A DNA stretch of 64,000 nucleotides from Azolla caroliniana (GCA_043228905.1 JBHGNT010000007.1:8618001-8682000); one strand, 5' to 3'; numbered from the stretch's first letter, positions 49,601 through 62,351 are shown. Program-made: numbers and translations. Notes: generated from the letters alone by a model not told the origin.

Positions 49601-52543
49601 GGACTGGTCGAACCGACTCAGTCGTCCATTCGGTCCACTTAACCGAAACAAAATCGGACTCTCTTCGCAGGTCCCAATTTCAGGCTCATCCGAAGGCATC
49701 TCAATCTCGCTGACCTCACCGTCAAAGCTTGGATTGGAGTTGAGATCCGAAGTTGGAGGCAAGTACCAGGACGCGGACTCATCAAACACAACGTCACGGC
49801 TCACACGCGCTTGTTTGGTGCGCGGGTTATAACACTTATAACCCTTTTGCTCGTCTGAGTAACCGACCAAGATACATTTCTCAACCTTTGCATCCAGCTT
49901 CCTCCGTTTCTCCTTTGGCACATGCACATACGCAATGCTACCGAAAACTCGTAAGTGTCACAAGTTCGGCTTCGTTCCGAAATATAGCTCGTGCGCCGAC
50001 GCTTTGTCTCCGATCCGGTTCTGGATGTATACCGCGGTCCTTATTGCCTCGGCCCAATAGAACTTGGGTAAGCTCTTCTCCTCCAGCATTGCCCATGCCG
50101 CTTCCACAACCGATCGATTTTTCCTCTCGGCCACGCCGTTTTGCTCCGACGTGTATCTACAACTGAATTTGTGTCGAATTCCCATCTATTGTAGATAACT
50201 GTTGAATTGACCGGAAAAGTATTATTTTCCGCCATTCGACCGCAGGCACCTGATCTTTCTTCCTGTTTCCGTTTCCACGAACCCTTTGAGGTCCCGGAAA
50301 CAGTCAAAGACTTCGCTCTACCTCTCAATGAGGTAGATCCACGTGTGCCGCGTGTAGTCGTCGATGAAGGAGACGAAATATCGGTTCCTGCCAAGACTAA
50401 CATTTTGTGTCAGCCCCCACACATCAGAGTGTATCAAGTCGAGCTTGTTCCGGCTTTGGTTACGCTCGTTGGGGAAAGGAAGTCAGTGTTGCTTCCCAAG
50501 CTGGCAAGCTTCACAAATTTGTGCCTTCCGGCCACCAAATTTGGGTAATCCGAACACTACTTGTTTCGATTGCAGGTCTTGACGCCGCTGGTAGTTGACG
50601 TGGCCTATCCACTTGTGCCATAAGTCGATGTCCGACTCGACTTTTTGTCCCTTTTCGAACATTGCGGTGCCACCATCAGTAGAGTCGAGGATGAACATCC
50701 TCCCATCTTTGCGCCCTTGCGCAATAACACGGCCTTCTTCCTCAATGAAGCACCCGAGGTGTGTAAACCAGACCTCCATCCCTTGGTCGACGATCTGTCC
50801 GACCGACACCAAGTTCTTCGTGATTGTTAGAACGTGCAGCATGTTCATGAGTTTCCCTTTCTGCCCAACATGGCTCAGGGGAACTTCTCCAACATTCGCG
50901 ATCAGATGCGGAGTGTCGTCTCCGGTTGCAACTACTCCCGGTTGCATCAGTTTTTCTAGGTACGAGAACCACTCCTTATGGCTCGTCATGTGATTTGACG
51001 TGCCGGAGTCGACGTACCACACCTCGTCCGATTTCGGGGTGGTCTGCTTCATTGAGTTTGCTTCGTGTCTCGTCACGAAGGCAGACCCTTTTCCAGCTTT
51101 TCTGGATCCTTCGGCGTAGTGCGATAGCTGTCGGTTTCCTTTGTCAGTATGTCCGGAACCAGATCCGGAACTGGACCTCTCCGACTCAGCGCGCTTTTTC
51201 CAGCACTCACTATCCCTGTGACCTTTCTTGCCACAGTACTAGCATTCCGTGGTGGGTTTCCCTTGCCGGCTCTCATCGCCTCGACTCCCCCTGTTTCCGG
51301 AGGGTCTGGAATTGCTGTCAGCATCATTTCGGTGCCTCCTTCCTTGATCTCGTCGGCCGTCCCATTGCGCACCAACTCGCCTCGTCCTCCACGTCCACGG
51401 GGCCTATCTCCCTCCATGTACAACATCTTGTTGTCGGTGTGCGTGCTCGTTGACACACCCGCGTGGTTCTCCTCTACCAAGAGCATCGACTGTAAGTCGA
51501 AAAAGGACGGTGTATTCTCCCGGGTACACACAACAATTCGGAACGCCCCGAACTTCGACGCCAAACCCCCGAGACAGACCTGGACCATCTCGCTTTCCTC
51601 GATGTTCACATCGATGGAAGCTAAGGAGTCACATATGTCCTTGATCTTCGAGGTATAGTCAGCCACCGACAAATCGCATTGTCGTAGGTTGCTCAACTCT
51701 TGTCGGAGCTTAAGCTTTCTGGTTGTGGTGCTCGCGGCGAAGATCTCCTTCAGATTTTCCCACGCACCCTTCGGCGTTTTTGAATCCCGAACGTAGCTTA
51801 ATAGTTGTTCGCCCACACAAGACGCGAAACAGTACAACACTCTACTCGCCGATTGTTCCCACGCCGGGAAGTCTTTATGTGTCAATTCGGGTGCTGCGTC
51901 ATTCGCTCCTTCGACATAGCTCCAGTAATCGTGCCCAAGTAGGTACTGGTGCATCTTGTAGGACCAAGATGCGTAGTTGGTTCTATTGAGCTTCTCCGTC
52001 GGAAGCGAGCTAGCCATTCCTCTGTCCATCAGTTTTCTTGTTCTTCTTCATTGGTTTTTCCTTCAAGCAAAGTCGACTGCAGAGGTTCTCAACCCTCACG
52101 CTCTAATACCATGAAAAGAATGGCGTGTGGAAGCAATATAGGAAACCGAACAACAGAAAACGCAAGTTTAATGGAAAGCTTAGGTTTGCACAGTACGCAC
52201 GGGAGAGACAGAGAGAGACAGAGAGTAAAAACCAGAACTATATTCAAAATAATACTCAATCTATACATCGTGTGTGTTCAATGAACACTTTTATACAAGT
52301 CCTTTTCGGACTGACAGAAGTGCTGACAGTACTTCAATGCTCATTAAGGAGCCCCTACACTAACTCCCAAATATATTCCTTGCGGAATATCTTTCCGATG
52401 GCCTCCCGGTTTCTGCACCGATCCGGCCTTCCTACGCACCGGTCTGCATACCAGTATCAACCCGGCCTAACTGATCGGTCCCAACCGATCCGGTCCTCGG
52501 CTTGCTCAGCCAATCCAGCCAATGTTGAGCTTGTCTTTCAACA
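46665..52543 (-). mobile_element. Element G: full-length decayed Ty1/copia inserted in E's RT
   Basis: LTRs 46665-47066 and 52112-52543; TSD AGCTG; PBS TGGTATTAGAGC 52100-52111 (-); gag 51073-52029; PR, INT, RT and RH fragments; removal restores E's ELMELPKGKRA. Confidence 0.95.
48018..48167 (+). pseudogene. rpoC1: Nuclear plastid DNA insert: rpoC1 fragment
   Basis: [50 protein letters not shown] matches the RNA polymerase beta' N-terminal region; interrupts G's RNase H, flanked by ATAG. Confidence 0.92.
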
Positions 52544-54524
52544 AGCTGCCGAAAGGAAAGAGAGCGTTCCGGAACAAGTGGGTGTACAAGCTGAAATAGG
52601 GAGACGCCAGAAATCCAGTGAGATACAAAGTTCGCATTGTGGTGAAGGGCTTCCAGCATAAGAAAGGAGTGGATTTCGATGAGATCTTTGACCCGGCAGT
52701 AAAGATGATATCCATCCGGACTGTGTTGAGAATTGCGACAAGCATGGACCTCGAGGTCGAGAAACTAGATGTCAAGATGGCGTTCCTACATGGTGACCTC
52801 GAAGAAGAGATCTACATGCAACAACTGGAGGGATTTGTCAAGAAAGGGAAGGAGCACCCGGTGTGCTGGTTGAAGAAGAGCGACACCACAAGACGCAAGT
52901 CGACCACTGCGTGTTCATGAGGAATTTCGACGGAGGCGACTTCCTAATACTACTGTTTTATGTGGATTCCATGTTGATCGTCAGACCAAACCGAATCAAA
53001 ATGGGAATCTGAGGAAGGACTTCAACCGGACCTTCTTAATGAAATATTTGGGTCCGGCGAGACAGATACTAGGGATGCACATAGTTCAGGACTGGACAAA
53101 GAAGCTATTATGGCTGTCACAGGAAAAGTACGTGATGAAGGTGCTCCAATTATTCAACATGTCGGATGCTAAGTCGATCGGGGCGACACTTCCGTCAAAT
53201 TTCAAATTGTCCGGAAGACAGACTCCGAAGACAAAGGCAGAGAAGTCAGAAATGATGAAGATATTGTATGCCTCAACAGTCAGAAGCCTCATGTACGATA
53301 TGGTGTGTACCCGACTGGATATTAGATATGCAGTCGGCGTGGTCATCCAGTTCATGAGAACACTGAGCTGCAATCAATTGGATACTACGGTACCTAAAAG
53401 GCACCTCGATCATGTGCCTCTGGTTTGGGTTCGGTAGACCCCTATTGGAAGGCTTTACGGATTCAGACATGTTGGTTGATGCAATACCAGTCGGTCTACA
53501 TCTGGATACGTCATGACATATGCGGGGGAGCTGTATCATGGTAGTCGAGACTACAGAAGTCCATTGCACTGTCCACAATGGAAGCGGAATACATGGCGGT
53601 TGTAGAAGCCTGTAAGGATGTAATCTGGATGAAGGACTTCATTGGAGATCTAGGGATCCGACAGGACAAATACTGACTCTATTGCGATAGTCAAAGTGTC
53701 ATCCACATTGCAAAGAACGCGGCCTACCACTCCCAGACCAAGCACATCTAGAGGAGATATCATTGGCTCCGGCAAAAGGTAGAAGATAAAGAATTTTCGC
53801 TGATGAAGATCCATATGGACAAGCGCGGGCCGGATAGGTTGATCATGGTGTTGTCAGCGGACAAGCTGGACACATGCCAGAGACGGATCGGGTTGATGAA
53901 GACCCCATGCCAGAGTGAAGGGGTCCGAGATTATTGAGATATCGGTCCCTCCGGATGGGGACCGGTCAAGCCGGATTGGAGGATCCGAAGGAGGAATCAA
54001 TATCGGATGGATCTGGAAGGATACTCGGAAGCCGAACCGGATAGAACCGGAATAAGTCTGGTCAGATTCAGTATGAACCAGAAGAGAGACAGATATGTAA
54101 ATACGTTTCATATAGGTCGTTGAGGCTACATTTGTAAATACCTTGTACGTTATATAAGTATAAATATAACTTTGGGAAAATATGATATGTAGTATATCAT
54201 CATTGTAGTTATTGTTGTACAAAGAGAGAGAGACAGAGAGGGAGAAGGAGAGGGAGAAACAGAAAGCATTTTCTGTTGTAACCGCCGGTTGGTGAAGGTA
54301 GAGCTCGAGGTCGTTGCCTCTGAGTCTCATAGCATTGTACCCTTCCTTTCTCATAGTGATAGTTGGAGTATGTGGGCTCCTATGGTTTTTCCGGATTAGG
54401 GTTTTCCACGTTAACATTTGGTGGCGTCTTTTCTATCTTGTCAAGTGCATTGCTACTTTCTGTTTACTTCTTCCATCGTGTGTTTAAGACTCGGTTGTGG
54501 CCGAGCACTATTCCTATCATCTTC

Positions 54525-56628
54525 AAATATGCAGAATGTAAAGTGTATGTTGGTCTTACACATGAAGAAGCCAAGTTGCTAGCCTAGGACCACAATAATG
54601 ATAATGACTATAGAAAAAAGATGTCATGTATAGAGCGCATCAGATTCTTTCATCATGAGTGCCTTGATGCTTTGCAAAAATTTGGTCTTATGCTGCATCC
54701 TAGATTGCGACGACAATGTCTGCTTGAAGTGGGGATAGTAGTTAACAAAAGCACAAAGTCTGAAGGCCTGAGAAAGTATGACTCATGGTTTCAACTTGCT
54801 TTCAAAACGGGGAAGGTGTGGGACCTCCAAGATCGAATATTCAGTATGTGGGAGCGAAAAGAGATAAAGGACCAACGATCAAATAAGGCTAAGTTGGACC
54901 CTCAAGTGGAGATAGAGGAATTAGCCGAGGACATGAAGTTGCTTCCTTGGTGATCATAGCAAGGGATAAAAGATGATAGATTATTGATATCTGTATTATC
55001 AAGAGTGGCCGCCAAGGAATTTAGCTTGGATGAAATGGTCACAGAGTTTCAAAAGTGAGTAATCTATGTGATGATTATTTTTTATTGGATTGCTTTGTTA
55101 ATTTTCTCTTGATTCTAACCTTTATGTGTAATATTTTTTAGCCATAACGTTTACATGAAGATACAAGAGTTAATAATGAAAAAGTTATCCCTGCCTACGT
55201 GGGAAGAAGTGGAGTAGTAGTGCCCAAAAACATCATCGTACAAGGCTCTTGAAGATTTTTTTATTGTATTTAGAGAATGGGTATGTATACATGTTTATAT
55301 CTTCTATAGTTGATATTAGGATAATGCGCATTTTATTATAAATCTTATATTTGCAGAAACCACCTTGCTCCGAAAAATTGGGTGATAGTAATGAATGCAT
55401 TCCAAGTGCATTCATCACTCATTTCGAATGAGCGAAGTACGAAAAGCGAATGATACAAAGAAAGGAGCTAGAGGCGCCCGAAGACTTGGACACAATAAAG
55501 AGTTTTTTACACAAGGTTTCAATCCTTTCCGCCAATTGTATTATCGTGTATATAATGGTGATGTGGGTAATATGCTTGACATATTACCCAAGAGGCACTA
55601 TACATTGCTCGCCGCGGACATACCATACGGGTTTCAATATAACAGGGTCCACATACGACGACATGCCTTATAAATATCCTTAGATAGAAAAGATGGTGAA
55701 GGACTTTGCAGAGCCGACCCTTTCTCCATTGTGGCAAATCGTTATATTTCATAGTATGGGTTAGGCTTTATCGGTTACTACTGCATTAAAGTCGAGATGC
55801 CATGCAACTGAACACATGCATTGGTAAGCTTTAACTTGTTTCTAATTTATATATGGTTTCAATTGTACTTACTATATACAAATTGACTTATTTCCATTCC
55901 ATTACAAACAGGGTTAAGATGAATATACCTCGTACCCCGAGTGATCGAATGGCGAGCGATGTGGAGCATTTGTGTGTGGGGTACTAATACACAATTTCTA
56001 AGAAGAAGGCTCAAGCACATGTGAATGAGCGAAATGTCGTAAATTATATCATGTGCCCAACAATGACGAAGAAGTTATGCCATGTTTCTAGCGACAAGTG
56101 TCTAGTTAACCCATACCAAAAGCCCCAACGATTAATAAATCGATTGATCAAGTTGTTCTCCAACCCTGATGATTGGGTGCTCGACTTATTCTCCGGAATA
56201 GGTATTCTTATAAATATGATCAATTTATCTTAAAATAAAATAGATTTTCTCAACTTTGTTTTCTTAGTTACGCATGTACAATTGTTTATTCAAAAACAAC
56301 GGCTACATGTGCTCTAAAATTGTTCAGGAATTATGTCACCTTCGAGAAGGACCCCTCACAAGTTAATTTTATTAAAATGAGGATCCAAGGTATCTGGGAT
56401 TGTCCCGACCAAGACTAGGAGGTTGGGGCAAAGCATATCAATGAAACTGAGATGTTTCAGTTGACTTCCAGAGAACCAATGGAACTTATAGATGAAGGAG
56501 GGGACCTTGTCGACCTCGAAGATGTACCAAATTCTGAACAAACACAAGATTCAGTTGAGCACACGGAACAAGTGGATATGACACACTGCCAACTGATCTT
56601 GGAGAGCAGCCTCTTCCAGACCTCCTAA
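54525..56628 (+). pseudogene. ParB-like/DNA methyltransferase gene, segment 3: end of ParB-like domain plus beta-class N6-adenine/N4-cytosine DNA methyltransferase, with spliceosomal introns
   Basis: KYAECKVYVGLTHEEAKLLA*DHN; LLAADIPYG (DIPY 55617-55628); HW|VK; NPYQKPQRLINRLIKLFSNPDDWVLDLFSGIG (DLFSGIG from 56183); TTATCALKLFRNYVTFEKDPSQVNFIKMRI. GT-AG introns at about 55055-55141, 55281-55356, 55824-55911 and 56202-~56293 (last acceptor mutated). Several TAG/TGA stops and frameshifts. Confidence 0.85.
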
Positions 56629-57462
56629 TGGAGTGATTTGTATAATTCTTTGTATTTGTTACTAATAGATTGTTTTGAAGTATAAGAACTTTTCGTTTGA
56701 GTATAATTTCTTTAATCTATCCTATTGGTGTCTCAATCTCAATGTGTCTATCATATGTTACAAAGGTTGACTTGTAGAGTACATGGTTAAGTATAATTTC
56801 CATTGAACATATGATTTTAACTTATCGATTTTATGACAAATGTTTGCTATAATTGTTTCTTGATTAATATAATTGAAGTTAGCGTTTATTCTATGATTTA
56901 TGTTGTCATTAATCTCGGTAAACTAGTTTTGAGTAAACACAATAATATTAAGTCAAGATGGTTGCTCATATGATAATGCATTCACGTTGTTCATGTATGA
57001 TTGACATATAATGTTCATAGTGGTTTTTTTGCATGTGTGGTATCTCGTGAGATATTCGTTTGCGTAAATTTTTCTAATTATATCCATAAATCCTATTTAC
57101 AAACTCGACATAACAATCTTTATAAGTTTTAGAGACAAATATAGTAACAAAATTGCATTTCTAAATTTATTAAGTTGGATTCGAATTTAACATTATGTAC
57201 AATGAAGCATATTACAATTATAATTGGATGCATTCCCGTCATCTTATTTAAGAATCGGATAAATTTGTATTTGAATTGAGATTAAGTCTATTAAATTTTT
57301 AATCTTCAAAATATTAACTGCATTTTTGAGTGGTGTCTTTCAAAATCGTGTACACATGAGTGATAGGTTCTTGAAAGTTCGTTCAAAAAAGGTAATTCTT
57401 GACATCACACGTAATTATCAAAAAGGGAATGCGACATATTACCTGTTTCAAATGACCCGGTG

Positions 57463-58705
57463 TTAATAGACCAAGTCTCGATTTTCCATATTATCTTTAT
57501 ATTCCTCACAATCATGTAATCGATGTTCGAGACTATCACACCAAATGCATCGAGGTCGAAATGGTTCCATTGACCTCAAAGTCAGACCATTCTCAAGCTT
57601 TGCCACTTTAATTGTTAAATCTATCATACTTTGAACTAAATCATCAAGCAAGACTCACTCTTAGTTTCATTCATTTCTTGTGGTTGATGCACCATTTCGT
57701 GTGATGGTTCTTGGCCAAGTCTTTGAACTTTGATGTTTTGCTCGAGCCGATTCGTGATTCCCACATGTGGTATTTGTAGCTTTGCGTCATTCCTTTGCAT
57801 TCTCTTCATAAATTTATTACAAGCATTTGTTACCTCATTCCAATCTGCAGTTATACCATCTTCGGTATTTGGTACCTCAAGCATAACTTCCAACTCTTTT
57901 CTATATCTCTTGTCAACTACCTACAAAAATAAACCAACCTTTTGCCAAGACAAAGAATTTCTTTCTTATGGCTTTAAGTGTCCATACAATCTATCAAACT
58001 CTTTTCTTGTGTCAGCCACAGATAATCCTTTATCTTCTTTTAAGACCCATTCATGGAATGAACACATAGTAACTCGAGAGAAATCTTCTCGAGCATATTC
58101 AGACACAAGTGCTTCTTTGAATGCATTCCAATCCAAACTATGAAATGTTTGTATTTCACGAATTCTATCTCTTAATTCCATGTCTACTAATTTATAAAAG
58201 TTTGCTATCATATTGACATCATTCACACTAGACATTTCCATTTCATCATAATATATATTCAAGTACTTTGAAATATTTGTGCCATCAAAGACATAAATCT
58301 TCTCTCGGACTTCTCATAAGGCATGAAATAATTGATCTTGATTTCATTTTTCAATAAATAACCTTACCGGATCCATTGTGCTTGTACTTGCCATGTTGAG
58401 TATTCTTCACTTTCGATTGTCTCTTCTACTTCAGATCCTCGTTTCACATCGAGTTCACCAAATTGTATCGTGGAGTGGCTTGCCCAAAAGTATAACGTTG
58501 TTCAGACAGAAGATAACGTGAAAATGAGGAAGGAATCGCTGGGATTGTGGATGGAAGAAACGAAAAGAGTAAAGATGGAATTAACAGAGATCAACAAGAT
58601 ATGACAAGATAGGATGTAGAATGCTATTTGAAGGAGTATAAGAAAATTATAATTATTTCATGAAAGAGTTACAAAATAGTTGCGAACGTCGATAAACCTT
58701 TGCAC
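57463..58705 (-). mobile_element. Element O: relic of a B-related tRNA-Trp-primed gypsy (LTR part, PBS, gag)
   Basis: PBS TGGTGAACTCGATGTGAA 58443-58460 (-); gag FDGTNISKYLNIYYDEM...ITADWNEVTNAC...RCIWCDSLEHRLHDC, colinear with B gag. Confidence 0.8.
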
Positions 58706-59533
58706 TTTGTCTTTGACTATGAGAAGGTCTTCCATCTTTATCTTCTAGTCTGCATAGTTCTGAGAGTTTAGAATTGTCATGCCTGGGAAGCCACTCACAC
58801 CTCCTTCCATCTTTCATGTCAGTGCTCTGATACTAGTTTGTAGGGATTTGATTCCTTCGATTCGTGAGAAAACACGACTAGGAAATACACAACAATGCGG
58901 AAGACAGAAAACAGCAAATGCATAGTACACAGTGTTTAACGTGGAAACCCTAAACTAGGAAAAACCACGAGAATAGAGATCCACTATATAATGAAAATAC
59001 AAGGGAGACAGTATACACCACTCTCTCTACACAGAGTGTATCAGCCACGCAAGGCTCTTAGCATGTAAGCTCACACAATTATGGCGCCGCTCTCTCTATC
59101 TCTCTCTCTCTTCCTCTATAACTCCCTCGATACAGAAAAAACTCTACACTTTCTATTCTTTCTGATCTACACTCACTATCTATGTTTGCCCTAATTGTAT
59201 TTACACTTATACACTATATGGGCTATTTACAAATGTAGCCACTACTACTCTCATTCCTATTATAGCAATAATAGTTAATCAGTCGACTCCAGTGCCGATT
59301 GTCCAGTCGGCCTCGTCTTCGACCAACTGGTTAACCCGACTGGTCTCCTACTTTCGACTCCCCCCGGTCGACTCTCCATGTATTCGATTGTCGGCTCTTG
59401 GCCAGACCAGCCAACTGCTCCTTGTCTTCGACCATCAGCACTCGGCGTGACCAATCGGTTGCTTCTTGTCTTCGATTGTCGGCACTTGACCCGATCAGTT
59501 GGCTACTCCCATAGGAGGGACATATTCTTAACA
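58706..59533 (-). mobile_element. Element M copy 1: copia LTR (58839-59533) + iMet-type PBS + gag 5' stub
   Basis: LTR TGTAGGGA...TAACA; PBS complement 58824-58835; MEGGVSG...KMEDLLIVK stub. Confidence 0.8.
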
Positions 59534-59536
59534 AAC

Positions 59537-61195
59537 TATTGGGAAACATGTCGCTCCGGATGAGCCGGATCGGACAAGCTGAAGGAAGGAACCGGACTGG
59601 ATGGGGCTAGAAGATATTCGGATACCAGATCGGATGGATCCGGAAGGAGTCCGGTCAAATCCGATATGAACCAGCATGTAGGAACATATTAGTAAATATG
59701 TTTAGAGGTGACCGTTGAGGTCATATTTGTAAATAACCCTAAAGTTATATTAGTATAAATATAGCTAGGGTGATAGTGTTCATAAGGTTGTTGTAATTAT
59801 TATTGTTGTATAGAGAGAGAGAGAGAGCAAGAGTGACACAGAAAGCTTTTCTGTTGTAACCGCCAGTTGGCGAAGACATAGAGCTCGAGGTCATTGCCTC
59901 TGAGTCTCACATTGTACTCTTCCTCTCATAGTGATAGTTGGAGTCCGACACGTTGCTACTGAAGGATGTCTGACACGTTCCGGAGGTTCAGTTGAACCTG
60001 ATATCAGTCGGCCGGCTAGATGATGAAGGCTACATTGGTAGCATCCAGAATGGAGTCATAAAGTTCAGAAAAGGAAACTTGATCGTGGCCCGAGCCCAAA
60101 AGATCAACACACTGTACTTGATGCATGCCCGGATTTTCCGGGAAGAAGTGAACATGGCATCTGACAATGCCGGTGAGTCGTGGCACAAGAGGTTATGCCA
60201 CATGAGCCCAAAAGGGATGCGTAAACTTGCCGAGGATAACCTCATTCCGGAGTTAAAAGATGTGCAACTTGTGAGATGCACCGACTACTTGGCCGGCAAG
60301 CAAAACCAAACCTCTTTCCTAACCCGACCACTGATGAGATGGAACGCACCATTGGAACTTCTGCATACTGATGTATGCCAAGTGGACACGAATTCACATG
60401 CCGGATCGCAGTACTTTGTGACGTTCATAGACGACCACATTCGGAAGTTGTGGGTCTCACCGCTAAAGATGAAGGATCAGGTATTATCCGTCTTCAAGGA
60501 ATTCCACTCAAGGGTGAAAAGGGAAACCGGCTGGAAGCTGTAGCCGATTCGTGCAAACAACGGAGGAGAATACGGGGGGCAATTCGAGGAGTATTGTCAG
60601 TAGAAGGGAATCTGGCTTGAATTTACCATGCTGAAGAAGCCGGAGCTTAATGGATTGGCCGAAAGGATGAACCGGAGCATAATGGAGAAAGTCCAGAGTA
60701 TGTTGGCAGATGCTAAGTTGCCCAAGACGTTTTGGGCTAAGGCGCTGATGACAGCGACATATGTGATAAACAGATCACCCTTAGCGCCCTTGGACGGAGA
60801 CACACCATAGAGAGAATGTACCAGTAAAGAAGTATCTTACCAGCATCTGAAGGTGTTCGGCTATCTTGCCTATGTGCATGTTGCAAAGGACAAGAGGGTG
60901 AAATTGGTTCATAAGTCCCGGCCATGCATATTCATTGGATACAGTGATGATGAGTTCAGCTACCAAGTGTGGGACTTGGTCGACAAGAAGGTTTTTCAGA
61001 GTCGTGACATAGTCTTCATGGAACACAAGAACATTGTCGACTGGGATTCGGAGAAGAAGATAGTTGACTCCGGGTCGACCGACAGAGATCAGTCCAAAGA
61101 TACAAGGACCCATCCAGCCAGAAGTCGGATGACACTCGAAGAACCGGCTAGATTTTGACAAGAAACTGAACTTATCGAAGAAGAAAAATCGGATG
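59537..61195 (+). mobile_element. Element L: internally deleted copia of the E/K group (partial LTR 59537-~59945, integrase fragment)
   Basis: LTR similar to E's; ORF 59992-60543 colinear with K pol. Confidence 0.82.
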
Positions 61196-62132
61196 TGTCG
61201 TTTGCCACATGTTGAAGGAAACTTACATTGACACATTGTCTGCTGGTGGCCATCGCCTTTCTGTTCAGAAGTTTCCATTCAGACTCTAATACCCCCGTGG
61301 GTATTTCTGCTCTGTCAATGGGCTCATACAGGTCTTTGACTATGAGAAGGTATTCCATCTTTATCTTTAGATCTACACAGTTTTGAGAGTTTAGAGCTAT
61401 AATGCCTAAGAAGCCACTCACACCTCCTTCCATCTTTCACGTCAGTGCTCTGATACTAGTTTGTAGGGATTCGATCCCTTTCATTTGTGAGAAAAACCGA
61501 CTAGGAAATACACAACAATGTGGAAGATAGAAAACAGCAAATGCACAGTACACAGTGTTTAACGTGGAAACCCTAAACTAGGAAAAACCATGGGAACAGA
61601 GATCCACTATACAATGAAAATACAAGGGAGACAGTATACACCATTTTCTCTGCACATAGTATATCAACCATGCAGGGCTCTTGGCGTCTAAGCTCACACA
61701 GTTATGGCGCCACTCTCTCTATCTCTATCTCTCTTCCTCTGTAACTCCCTCTCTACAAAAACAACTCTGCACTTTCTATTCTTTCTGTTCTACACTCACT
61801 ATCTATGTTTGCCCTAAGTGTATTATACTTATACACTGTATGGGCTATTAACAAATGTAGTCACTGCTATTGCGTTCCTATTATAACAATAATAGTTAAT
61901 TAGTCGACTCCAATGTCGACTATCTAATCGGCCTCGTCTTCGACCAACTAGTTGGCCCAACTAGTCGGCCGTGTCCTCAACTTGGACTCTCCTACTGTCG
62001 CCCCCCCCAGTCAACTCTCCATGTCTTCGACTGTCAACTCTCAGCCAGACCAGTCGACTGCTCCTTGTCTTTGACTGTCGGCACTCGGCCCACCCAGTCG
62101 GTTGCTCCCATAGGAGGGACATATTCCTAACC
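61196..62132 (-). mobile_element. Element M copy 2: copia 5' LTR (61462-62132) + PBS + gag stub
   Basis: Diverged repeat of 58706-59533; gag ORF 61089-61433. Confidence 0.8.
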
Positions 62133-62351
62133 CTATCAAGATTATTTTTATTTTAGTTATATATTTATCTTATTGTATACTTTTAAGGTAAAGTTTTCCT
62201 ACTTCACGACAACAGTTTTACGTTCTTTTTGTAACTGATCATGCTTCCTATAAAAAGGGGCATGCAACCTTGTAAATAGGTGGGCTTGTATGAGTTAGTC
62301 GTGATAACACAAATCTTGAATTGAGTATCTCTATGTCTAGACTTTGTTTAG

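Larger units (their letters stand above)
18257..54519 (+). mobile_element. Element E: Ty1/copia (Tnt1/Tork-like), decayed, host of most nested insertions
   Basis: LTRs 18257-18843 and 53932-54519; TSD TCTTC (18252-18256 / 54520-54524); mutated iMet PBS 18847-18858; gag about 18880-19454, INT about 45920-46664, RT-RH about 52549-53915. Confidence 0.9.

Noticed and set aside
54525-56628. Bacterial or phage contamination as the source of the methyltransferase
   Set aside because: It has spliceosomal introns, and plant LTR elements are inserted into the same reading frame with clean TSDs.
56630-57460. AT-rich stretch as a possible terminus of the element carrying the methyltransferase
   Set aside because: No TIR, Helitron hairpin-CTRR end or TSD could be identified by eye.
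62133-62351. LTR-like fragment with TATAAAAGGGG
   Set aside because: No partner LTR or boundary within the window; cannot be assigned.
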